Shown here in pieces: positions 7,045 through 14,584 of a stretch of 32,000 bases of DNA; the stretch's first letter is position 1; each line of letters opens with the position of its first letter. The DNA lies in NCBI RefSeq assembly GCF_004102945.1, contig NZ_CP019384.1, positions 1,800,001 through 1,832,000 on the forward strand, in the 5' to 3' direction. The notes beneath the pieces are model-generated. The model was not told the origin of the DNA and ran no database searches. It worked only from the letters and a program-made list of their open reading frames with translations. This DNA comes from Candidatus Velamenicoccus archaeovorus. GTDB lineage: Bacteria > Omnitrophota > Gorgyraeia > Velamenicoccales > Velamenicoccaceae. The translations under genes were made by a program, and so were the position numbers.

Positions 7045-7368
7045 ATGAAAGGCAAAAAACACTTTGCGGTTTGTATCTGGACGGCGGCTGTGGCCCTGGT
7101 CTTGATTTCTTCGGCGTACGCCCAGGCGCCCACCCTATCCCTCAAAAAGTCCATCGACCTGGCGGAGACGGCCTTAAATAAAACCTCTGTTGACCTGCTG
7201 CAATATTATCTCTACAGCATAACGCTCTCCAACTCATCCCAGGGCCAATTCTGGTATCTCACGTACCGACCGGTCAACCCTTCGGAATACAACGAAATCT
7301 TCGTCAAGGTCTACATGGACGGGTCTGTCGGCCTTTCCGGCGGGCCATTTTCAAGTTCGGGATACTAA
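7045..7368 (+). CDS. Small secreted hypothetical protein (signal peptide; possibly PepSY-like)
   Basis: The ORF runs 6994-7368. The ATG at 7045 follows GGAGGA. The signal peptide is MKGKKHFAVCIWTAAVALVLISSAYA, with cleavage after the final Ala (mature protein starts Q). No family firmly recognised. Confidence 0.6.
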   Translation: MKGKKHFAVCIWTAAVALVLISSAYAQAPTLSLKKSIDLAETALNKTSVDLLQYYLYSITLSNSSQGQFWYLTYRPVNPSEYNEIFVKVYMDGSVGLSGGPFSSSGY

Positions 7369-7374
7369 CGACTC

Positions 7375-7662
7375 TCATCCTCGCTTCTTTAACAAGCTCG
7401 CCAACCCATAGCCGGCGGCAAAAACGACAACAACGCCCAGCGCGCCTGCCAGGGATGTCGCCACTGACTCATTTTTCACTCCGGGCACGACGTAATCCGG
7501 AACGGGGGCGCTCACGGCAGGCCGGCCTTCTCCTTTTTCAAGGAATTTCTGGTCTTCTGCGACGCGCTCCAGGCCGTCCGGCGATTGCGAAGCAAACGGA
7601 CTGAAAAAGATAGCCAGAAGAAGCGCGGCAACCACCCCAAACCAAATATCTCTCGATTTCAC
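7375..7662 (-). CDS. PDGLE-domain membrane protein (CbiN/NikN-like accessory component)
   Basis: 95 aa with two TM segments and a literal SPDGLE motif. It lies directly downstream of cbiM. Confidence 0.75.
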   Translation of the reverse strand: MKSRDIWFGVVAALLLAIFFSPFASQSPDGLERVAEDQKFLEKGEGRPAVSAPVPDYVVPGVKNESVATSLAGALGVVVVFAAGYGLASLLKKRG

Positions 7663-7713
7663 GGTTCCCTCCTTGATGCCTGGTTGCCTATAAAGGGTGA
7701 TTTCCTCGCAAAA

Positions 7714-8361
7714 TCAACTCAAATTTTTCGCTCGTAAACCGTATACCAGATCCGGCCGGGCCTTGACGACAAACTCGACGACGAGCATTGTGATGAACGC
7801 TTCGCCGATGCCGATCAGGGCATGTACGCCGACCATGGCCGCAAACACAGCCCCAAAGCGGGCCGTACCCGATAAGGCCAGCTCAATGGCGCAGGATGCG
7901 GACGCCAAGACAACGGAAAACCAGGCAGCGACGGCAACGGCCGCCGTAAATCCTCTAGAGGAAGGCATCAAGCGAAAGAGGATCCTGAAAAGACCGTATC
8001 CCCCCAATGTCCCCATCACGGCCATGTTAAAAATATTGGCACCGAGGACAAATAGCCCGCCATCCTGAAACACCAAACATTGGATCACCAGAACGCAGGC
8101 CAGGACAAGAGATGCCGCCCATGGACCCAAAAGCACGGCGGCCAGAACCCCTCCCAAAAGATGCCCTGAAGTGCCTCCCATAATGGGAAAATTCAACATC
8201 TGCGCCGCAAAGATGAACGCGCACATGACGCCCATCAGCGGCACCATCTTTTCCTGCAGAAGCTGCCTGGTTTTATGGACGCCCCAGCCTAAAAACGCTG
8301 CTGCAGCCGCCCAGCCGGACCCCCAAACAGGAGGAGACAAAAACCCGTCGGGAATATGCAT
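7714..8361 (-). CDS. cbiM: ECF-type cobalt/nickel transporter substrate-capture subunit CbiM/NikM
   Basis: 215 aa and polytopic. The N-terminus MHIPDGFLS is diagnostic, since the N-terminal Met-His participates in metal binding in this family. GGTSGHLLGG is also conserved. SD GGAGG is at 8366-8370 (complement). Confidence 0.85.
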   Translation of the reverse strand: MHIPDGFLSPPVWGSGWAAAAAFLGWGVHKTRQLLQEKMVPLMGVMCAFIFAAQMLNFPIMGGTSGHLLGGVLAAVLLGPWAASLVLACVLVIQCLVFQDGGLFVLGANIFNMAVMGTLGGYGLFRILFRLMPSSRGFTAAVAVAAWFSVVLASASCAIELALSGTARFGAVFAAMVGVHALIGIGEAFITMLVVEFVVKARPDLVYGLRAKNLS

Positions 8362-8370
8362 AACGCCTCC

Positions 8371-8560
8371 TTAATCCGCCTCTGGCGGATTAACCCCTGC
8401 CTGCCCACCTGACGGGCAGGCGAGCCTGCGCAGGTCAATTTAGCGACTGCCCTGGCCCGGCCTATCGGCCAGGGCCGAGGCGCTTAGGAGCTAAATTGAC
8501 AAGCGCCCGCCACCACTGCGTCGGCGGGCGTCCGCCGAAGAACTAGTGGCGGACGTTTTG
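8371..8560 (-). promoter_or_regulatory. Hairpin-dense leader/intergenic region upstream of cbiM
   Basis: I count six strong stems by eye:
- 8371-8393: TTAATCCGCC/GGCGGATTAA, abutting the SD
- 8400-8420: CCTGCCC/GGGCAGG
- 8425-8434: the palindrome CCTGCGCAGG
- 8434-8500: an 11-bp GTCAATTTAGC/GCTAAATTGAC stem enclosing a CCCTGGCC/GGCCAGGG hairpin
- 8503-8529: CGCCCGCC/GGCGGGCG
- 8530-8554: GTCCGCC/GGCGGAC. Confidence 0.3.
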
Positions 8561-8606
8561 GCAAAGGGCCTTTTTTTAGTGTTAAACGATCATCAATATA
8601 TTTTCT

Positions 8607-9980
8607 CTAGAAATCAATCTGGCTGCGCAAGCCCCAGACACACACGGGATCCGTGTTCCCAATGACATCCTGCCCGAAGGGATTCCAGATATACTGGAAA
8701 TCCGGGCTGATGGATAGATGGTCATTCAGATGGATATTATAATACGCCTCCAGGTGGCCTTCGGACTTGGCGGCGAGGGCGCTGTTGGATTTCTTGTAAT
8801 CGCCAGAGGCAATGGCCTGGCCAACGGCAAGACCTAATACGTCTTTTTCGCGGCCCCAAAGCCCGCCTTCGACCCGAACACCCGCGCTCCAGGATTGTTC
8901 CAGAGAAAATATCCTATCGCCTGTCGCGGCCAAAGACGGATTGTAAACACGCGGGTCCTGCCAACCATAACGGCAGAAGAGCATCACTTCGTCGGTCACC
9001 ATCTGGTCGAAGCTCAAGGCAAAGCCGAAAGCAGGTTCCTTGTCATTCGTCGGCGTCAACCAAGAGGTATGCGGCAGATCGTTATACCACCCCAGAATGC
9101 GGTAGTTGCCCTGGCGGCCAAAGACCTTTGGTTTAAGAGCTGCCTGGCCTGCGCAAAAGGCGTCGTCGCCCACCTTTTCCCAGTCCGCATTGGCGTCAAA
9201 AACACCGACATTGAACTCCACCCACTCCTTGGGCATATAAGCCAGGCGGACACCTAACGCATTATCCGGAAATTCGATGGCAGGGTTATTGCGGAAGATC
9301 CTGCCCAAGAATTGGGTTGTTTCGTCGTTGGCCGCTTCGTTGGTATCAAAATAGACCGTCGGATCAAGCTTGCCAAAGGTAATGGCAAAGCGATCGTGGC
9401 AGCTGCCCTGCTCATACCAGGCCTCTGTCAGATGGACGTCGTTATTGTTGTCCGCATCCCGGTTCACATTGGAATATAACGCCAGGTTGTCTTCCAGGCC
9501 GTCGCCCGTTCCTGCTTCCAGGTGGACAAATGCCCTGCCATTGACAGACTCAAATTCCTTGGCCAGCGTCACGTCAGCCGAATAGGAAGCGTCGGCCCGG
9601 TCCTCCCCTGCGCCGGCATTGGCATTATTGGTCCCCTGCACGATCACCGTCGCCCCGGCGCCAATCTCAAGACCGCGGCCGATCTCGATGGCCGAAGGCT
9701 CCTGGCGGTGCAATCTCTGGTCGAGCGCCTCAACAGTCGCCTTGTAATCCCGCAGATTCTTCTCCTGGTTGTTTATTGTCTTCTCTTGCTCCAGAAAACA
9801 CTTGTGCTGATCCTGGATGCGGGCCTCTTGCGCCGCCGCCTTCTTTTCCAGGGCCTCCACTCTTGCCTGAAGATCAGCGATGACAGCGCGCAGCGATTCC
9901 TCGTCCGCCCAGGCGGGCCGCGCGCAGGCGGCAAGGATCCCGAAAACCGCAAAAACGACAAAATTTTTCACGTCTCCCAC
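8607..9980 (-). CDS. Outer-membrane porin, OprB (carbohydrate-selective porin)-like, with N-terminal coiled coil
   Basis: 457 aa with a signal peptide ending in ARPAWA, cleaved before D. A heptad-rich segment follows (LRAVIADLQARVEALEKKAAAQEARI). The rest is a beta-barrel-type sequence ending in the aromatic C-terminus QIDF. The start codon is uncertain: GTG at 9980 or GTG at 9971. Confidence 0.6.
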   Translation of the reverse strand: MGDVKNFVVFAVFGILAACARPAWADEESLRAVIADLQARVEALEKKAAAQEARIQDQHKCFLEQEKTINNQEKNLRDYKATVEALDQRLHRQEPSAIEIGRGLEIGAGATVIVQGTNNANAGAGEDRADASYSADVTLAKEFESVNGRAFVHLEAGTGDGLEDNLALYSNVNRDADNNNDVHLTEAWYEQGSCHDRFAITFGKLDPTVYFDTNEAANDETTQFLGRIFRNNPAIEFPDNALGVRLAYMPKEWVEFNVGVFDANADWEKVGDDAFCAGQAALKPKVFGRQGNYRILGWYNDLPHTSWLTPTNDKEPAFGFALSFDQMVTDEVMLFCRYGWQDPRVYNPSLAATGDRIFSLEQSWSAGVRVEGGLWGREKDVLGLAVGQAIASGDYKKSNSALAAKSEGHLEAYYNIHLNDHLSISPDFQYIWNPFGQDVIGNTDPVCVWGLRSQIDF

Positions 9981-10018
9981 CGGCCGTAAAATTGTGTTAC
10001 GATTTATATTTTCGTGTT

Positions 10019-10047
10019 ACTATAACAGAGGGCGACTCGGCTGTCAA
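10019..10047 (-). promoter_or_regulatory. Near-consensus sigma70 promoter for the porin gene
   Basis: On the minus strand: TTGACA (10042-10047), 17-nt spacer, TATAGT (10019-10024). Confidence 0.6.
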
Positions 10048-10063
10048 GGGTTATCGGGGAATA

Positions 10064-10276
10064 TCAGGTGTTCGGTTCTTTTTTGAGGCCGAGCCGTAAA
10101 AAGGCTTTCTCGGCGGGACAGAAATCCGTGAAAGCCGACTGGATGAGATTGCAGCCGACAAAAACGGCCAAAAGCAGCCACCAGCGGTTCACGAAAACTG
10201 CCAGGGCGACGGAAACAAGGACAAGCGTCCCTGCCAGAATACGGATGGCTTTTTCGACAGAAAGTGATCTTTTCAT
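10064..10276 (-). CDS. DUF2892 (YgaP-like) small membrane protein
   Basis: 70 aa with two TM segments. The C-terminal signature is NLIQSAFTDFCP. Confidence 0.75.
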   Translation of the reverse strand: MKRSLSVEKAIRILAGTLVLVSVALAVFVNRWWLLLAVFVGCNLIQSAFTDFCPAEKAFLRLGLKKEPNT

Positions 10277-10336
10277 GACACCCCTCCTTGGTCCCCGGCG
10301 CGCATGACACCGGGAAGTGATTGAGGAACGGAAGGC

Positions 10337-10663
10337 CTATCTTTTAAAAATAAAAAGGACGGCGGCCACGATCAGAAGAAAGCCTACCGCGTGATTCCAG
10401 CGCAGGGATTCCCTGAGGTAGACAACGGAAAAAACCGAAAAGACAAGGAGGGTGATGACCTCCTGGATCGTCTTGAGCTGGGCGGCTGAAAATTCGCCGT
10501 GGCCGATGCGGTTGGCCGGGACCTGAAAGCAGTATTCGAGAAAAGCGATCAGCCAACTGGCCACGATCACTAAAAACAAAGGCGCCTGTTTATATTTCAA
10601 GTGACCGTACCAAGCGATGGTCATGAAGACGTTCGAAGCCAATAAAAGGAGTATTGTTCTCAT
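10337..10663 (-). CDS. DMT-superfamily small membrane protein (DUF486)
   Basis: The ORF extends to 10849, but the conserved protein begins at MRTILLLLASNVFMTIAWYGHLKYK (ATG at 10663). EYCFQVPANRIG is typical of DUF486. Confidence 0.8.
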   Translation of the reverse strand: MRTILLLLASNVFMTIAWYGHLKYKQAPLFLVIVASWLIAFLEYCFQVPANRIGHGEFSAAQLKTIQEVITLLVFSVFSVVYLRESLRWNHAVGFLLIVAAVLFIFKR

Positions 10664-10751
10664 GATTCTTGTGAAGACAGGGCGCTTGCCCCTGCCGGGG
10701 CCGGATTCTGCCGGCCCCGGCGAAGCCACGCGCCACCCTTTTTGTTGCAGT

Positions 10752-11099
10752 TCATTGCTGAGATGATGCGGAAATACTTGCCGCAACGTTCTGGCCGTTA
10801 TCAGCCGCCTTGTAGCTGGCCGTGACGTCATCCCCTGTCGCGACATCAACCAGAGTAGCTGCCTTGCCGTCCTTCTCGATCATGGTGGAATCGTCTACAA
10901 TCAGGGCCGTTTCTTTCTGTCCTTCATCGGAGGCCGACACGACGATCAACTTCTGAGCTTGAGGATCGACAAAAGTGACCGTGCCGTAAACTTCATTGGC
11001 GGCGGCCGTCTCATTGTCCTGCGCCAAGGCCAGACGCGGCGCACCGCAAACCCCCAGCATCAGAAAAAACATCATAAAAACAGCAACGAGCCTCTTCAT
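10752..11099 (-). CDS. Small secreted hypothetical protein
   Basis: 115 aa. The signal peptide is MKRLVAVFMMFFLMLGVCGAPRLALA, with cleavage after the final Ala (mature protein starts Q). The mature part is acidic and Ala/Asp/Val-rich. No family recognised. Confidence 0.55.
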   Translation of the reverse strand: MKRLVAVFMMFFLMLGVCGAPRLALAQDNETAAANEVYGTVTFVDPQAQKLIVVSASDEGQKETALIVDDSTMIEKDGKAATLVDVATGDDVTASYKAADNGQNVAASISASSQQ

Positions 11100-11158
11100 G
11101 CCAACTCACCCCCCCTCACCCTTAGAGAAGAGGCCGCAGCACCTTGTGCCGCGGCCAC

Positions 11159-11187
11159 ACAAAAAAAGAGAATGATCTCTCATTCTC
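11159..11187 (-). terminator. Rho-independent terminator after modC
   Basis: Perfect 8-bp stem GAGAATGA (11168-11175) / TCATTCTC (11180-11187) with a 4-nt loop. On the minus strand it is followed by T7 (the + strand A-run at 11161-11167). Confidence 0.85.
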
Positions 11188-11254
11188 CAGTCAGACTTTG
11201 TTTTTCGTCCCCTCCAATCGAATCTTATTCTACCTTAAGGGGGTCGTTTGTCAA

Positions 11255-11986
11255 TCAAAACCCGCGCACCGCCCGAGGACCGTTTTTGGCCGACTGAAAA
11301 AACACCTCCCATTCCGAGCCGCAGAACACATCTTGCGGCCCTCCCGATTTAACAATACGGCCCGCCTCCAGCATAAACACACGGCCGGAAAGTTTCATCA
11401 CTTCAAAAGGGTCGTGGCTGACAAGGATCATGGTGATGCCGGTCTTCTCATAGAGCCTCAACACCTCGTCCTGCAGCCGCCACCGTGTCTGGACATCAAG
11501 CGCCGACAACGGCTCATCAAGCAAAAGGACCTTGGGGTGACGCAAGAGCGCCCGCGCCAGCGCCACCCTTTGTTTCTGGCCGCCGGACAGCTTCGACGGA
11601 TAGCGCCGTTCCAAACCCTTCAATCCCACAAGGCCGAGATATTCTTGGACACGGACGGCCTCCTCGCCGCGGCGCAGGGCAAACTTCAGATTCTCTTCCA
11701 CCGTCATGTTGGGAAACAGGCTGTATTCCTGAAAGACAAAACCAGCCGCTCTTTTTTGCGGCGGCAGATTAATCCCAGCCGAGCTATCAAACCAGACTTC
11801 GCCATCCGCCTTCACGAGGCCTTCCTGCGGCGCCTGGAGCCCGGCGATCATCCTCAAGATCGAGGTCTTGCCGCAACCGGAGCGGCCAAACAAAGAAACA
11901 CACTCCCCATCCCTGACCTCAACGTCGATGCTCAGGTCAAAAGGACCTTCGGGCGCCATCAGCGTTTTTTTGAGGAAGATCTTCAC
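11255..11986 (-). CDS. modC: Molybdate-type ABC transporter ATP-binding protein (short form, no TOBE/Mop domain)
   Basis: Walker A is GRSGCGKTS, the signature is LSGGQKQRVALARAL and Walker B is LLLDEP. The 4-nt overlap with modB indicates coupling. At 243 aa it ends shortly after the NBD. Confidence 0.8.
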   Translation of the reverse strand: MKIFLKKTLMAPEGPFDLSIDVEVRDGECVSLFGRSGCGKTSILRMIAGLQAPQEGLVKADGEVWFDSSAGINLPPQKRAAGFVFQEYSLFPNMTVEENLKFALRRGEEAVRVQEYLGLVGLKGLERRYPSKLSGGQKQRVALARALLRHPKVLLLDEPLSALDVQTRWRLQDEVLRLYEKTGITMILVSHDPFEVMKLSGRVFMLEAGRIVKSGGPQDVFCGSEWEVFFQSAKNGPRAVRGF

Positions 11987-12654
11987 ACAACCTCCCCATG
12001 CCGCCGGTACAGGACATGGAACAACACAAGGGCCGCAAGCGAGAAAACAACCAGGATCACCGAATAAAAATTGGCCGCGCTGTAATTCATGGCCTCCACT
12101 TCATTGTAGATCGCGATGGATGCGACGCGTGTCTGGTGGGGGATGCCGCCGCCGATCATGAGCACAACGCCAAACTCCCCCATCGTATGCGCAAAACTCA
12201 TCACGATCCCCGTCAATAAAGAAGCTTTGGTGTTAGGGATGATGACCGACACAAGCGTCTGACGGCGGGATTTACCGAGTGTATAGGCCGCTTCGATCAA
12301 GGCATGGGGAAAATTCTGGAAACCCGCCTTGACGGGATTAACCATGAAAGGAAGGCTGAAAATCACCGAACCGATCACAAGGCCTGTAAAAGAAAACACA
12401 ACTCTCACATCCAGGACGCGTTCCAAAAATGCACCGAAGGCATGCCCGGGGCTCAACAATACCAGGATATAGAACCCCAATACCGTCGGCGGCAAGACAA
12501 GGGGCATGCTCACAAGGGCTTCCCAGAACGGCTTGGTGCGGCCGCGGCTGAAGGCCAGGCTATAAGCCAAAGGGATGCCGACGAGGATCAACACGATCGT
12601 CGTCACTGTCGCCAGTTTTAAAGAAAGCCAGAGCGGCGTAAGATCGTAGGTCAT
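11983..12654 (-). CDS. modB: Molybdate ABC transporter permease
   Basis: 223 aa. The N-terminus LTPLWLSLKLA and the MPLVLPPTVLGFYLL region are typical of ModB/CysTW-type permeases. Confidence 0.85.
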   Translation of the reverse strand: MTYDLTPLWLSLKLATVTTIVLILVGIPLAYSLAFSRGRTKPFWEALVSMPLVLPPTVLGFYILVLLSPGHAFGAFLERVLDVRVVFSFTGLVIGSVIFSLPFMVNPVKAGFQNFPHALIEAAYTLGKSRRQTLVSVIIPNTKASLLTGIVMSFAHTMGEFGVVLMIGGGIPHQTRVASIAIYNEVEAMNYSAANFYSVILVVFSLAALVLFHVLYRRHGEVV

Positions 12655-12672
12655 TTTCTCTTGTTTTCGCCC

Positions 12673-13431
12673 CTAAGAAGGGAGACGATAGCCGTACTTC
12701 TTGAAAATATCGGCCGCGCTTTCGGAAAAAAGGAAACGATAAAACGCCTCTGCGGCACGAGGGTTGTGTTTGGCGGCATACGCCAGGACCACGGCGCCTT
12801 GGGCGATCGGCTCGTACAAAGACGCGTCGATCTCCACCCAGCGCCCTTTATCTTTGACCGAATCATCCACCACCGAAGATTTCGAGGTAAAACCTCCGTC
12901 TGCAGCCCCCGAGAGGATAAATTGGTTGGCCTGAGAGATATTCTCGGCATAGACCAATTTGGGCCGGGTGCCAAGATACACATTCAGCGCTTTCATGGTG
13001 TTGACGGCTTGCCGGCCGTAAGGCGCTGTTTTGGGATTGGCAAGCGCAATCTTCTTCAACGAAGGATCCTCCAGGACCTCGCCGAGAGGACGAGACAAAT
13101 CCAGGGACTTTGATGTCCAGAATACGAGAAGTCCGTACACATACACCTTCGGTTTCTCCAAAGCCAGGCCTTTTTTAAAAAGGACCTCGGGATATGACAT
13201 GTCCGCCGACATAAAGACATCGAAGGGGGCGCCGTTCTCGATCTGCGCCGTCAGGTTTCCGGAAGACCCGATAACGACATCCACGCTGGAACCGGATTCC
13301 TTTTCAAACGTCGTCACCAGCTCATCCATCAGCACCTGCAGGTTTGCCGCTACGGCGACCGTCAGGTCTTTGGCGAAAACAGAAACAGGAAAAATAAGAA
13401 GCAGAAAAATTGCCGTGATCCACTTTTTCAT
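12673..13431 (-). CDS. modA: Molybdate-binding periplasmic protein
   Basis: 252 aa with a signal peptide. LTVAVAANL...VIGSSGNLTAQIENGAPFDVFMSAD is typical of ModA. I cannot distinguish molybdate from tungstate specificity here. Confidence 0.85.
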   Translation of the reverse strand: MKKWITAIFLLLIFPVSVFAKDLTVAVAANLQVLMDELVTTFEKESGSSVDVVIGSSGNLTAQIENGAPFDVFMSADMSYPEVLFKKGLALEKPKVYVYGLLVFWTSKSLDLSRPLGEVLEDPSLKKIALANPKTAPYGRQAVNTMKALNVYLGTRPKLVYAENISQANQFILSGAADGGFTSKSSVVDDSVKDKGRWVEIDASLYEPIAQGAVVLAYAAKHNPRAAEAFYRFLFSESAADIFKKYGYRLPS

Positions 13432-13563
13432 GATTCTCCTCTCTTCTGGAAACTATATGTGCTTTTTCCTCTGGAGCCCCACGGGCTGGGCCTCGCCCGC
13501 CCAAGCGGGCAGGGAATTCCGGCAAACGGGATTTAACGGCGCCGACTCCCCGCAGAAATTGTC

Positions 13564-14490
13564 TCACGCAAAAGCCGGCCTACTTTTCCAGCGGCGGTGC
13601 ATCCATCCGCCCCACTCGGAAGGATAGCGGCGGATATAGCCCTCGATAATTTTCGTCAACTGAGAGGTATTGCGCACCAATCCTGACGGTTCATCCGGGG
13701 CAACCTCAAGCTCAATGGGCGCATCGATAAGGATCTTGTGCCTGCCCCTTGCCCCATCACGCACGATAAAAACTGGCAAAATCGGCGCTCCCGACCGATA
13801 GGAAAAAACGACCGGCCCTGTGGCCGTTGCCGCCTGACGACCGAAAAAATCAACAAAGACCCTGCCACCCGCTCCGTAATTTTGATCCAAGAGCATAAAT
13901 AAGACCTGATTATTACGCAAGCTCCTGAGCGAATGCGCCACGCATCGGCCGTAAGGAAGAGAATTAATCTTCCGGATGCCGTTTTGATCGAGATAATCGG
14001 AAACATGACCTTCGAATTGTTCGTCTTTCAGCCGGCGCATAATACAATTGGTCTTATACCCGGCCAGAGCCATCCGCAGGTACATCAATATAAAATTCCC
14101 GAAATGGGCGCTGAGCAATATAACCCCGTGCCCCCGGCAAAGCGCCTCATCCAGGTTCTCCCTGCCTTCAATGGCCACGCTCTCCACGATTTTTTGCGGC
14201 CGGTCGAGAAAATAAATAAGCTCAACCATGCCGAAGCCGACATTATCAAAATAGCGGCTGAAAATATCTTTGATCTCCTTTTCGGTCTTTTCGGCGCCAA
14301 AGGCGATATGCAGATTCTCCAGGATAACACGCTTTTTTCTTTCGATGAGCAGCCACCCCAGAGCGGCGAAAAAAGGAATGAAGATCTTGAAGGCGGGGTC
14401 GGGAAGCCGGCGGACAACCCGACGACCCTGCAATAATGCATGACGCCCTGCGGCGCGGAGAAATCTCTTATAGCCGGAGATAAACGACAT
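13564..14490 (-). CDS. Lysophospholipid/lipid A acyltransferase family protein (LpxL/HtrB-like)
   Basis: The ORF extends to 14718 but would then overlap the upstream gene. I prefer the ATG at 14490 (MSFISGYKRF). ILLSAHFGNF, LDQNYG and FFGRQAATATGP resemble the Lip_A_acyltrans family. Confidence 0.7.
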   Translation of the reverse strand: MSFISGYKRFLRAAGRHALLQGRRVVRRLPDPAFKIFIPFFAALGWLLIERKKRVILENLHIAFGAEKTEKEIKDIFSRYFDNVGFGMVELIYFLDRPQKIVESVAIEGRENLDEALCRGHGVILLSAHFGNFILMYLRMALAGYKTNCIMRRLKDEQFEGHVSDYLDQNGIRKINSLPYGRCVAHSLRSLRNNQVLFMLLDQNYGAGGRVFVDFFGRQAATATGPVVFSYRSGAPILPVFIVRDGARGRHKILIDAPIELEVAPDEPSGLVRNTSQLTKIIEGYIRRYPSEWGGWMHRRWKSRPAFA

Positions 14491-14584
14491 GGAAACACTC
14501 GGTTTCTGAGACGGAATTCCGCCGCGCGGGTCAACCGACAGATCCTTCGAATGCCCCGGCGGCGCAGTCACCGCTAAACACGGT

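Noticed and set aside
8503-8529. GCCACCACTG resembling the cobalamin-riboswitch B12 box (GCCACTG) near cbiM.
   Set aside because: It lies on the + strand, which is antisense to cbiM. It has a 3-nt insertion relative to the box. I could not find the other conserved B12-riboswitch elements on the minus strand.
14100-14130. The acyltransferase motif reads HFGNFI rather than the HxxxxD/E form (HFGNWE) I remember from LpxL.
   Set aside because: Members of this family, such as PatA-type enzymes, place the acidic partner elsewhere. I cannot judge this without a profile alignment, so I do not report it as an anomaly.
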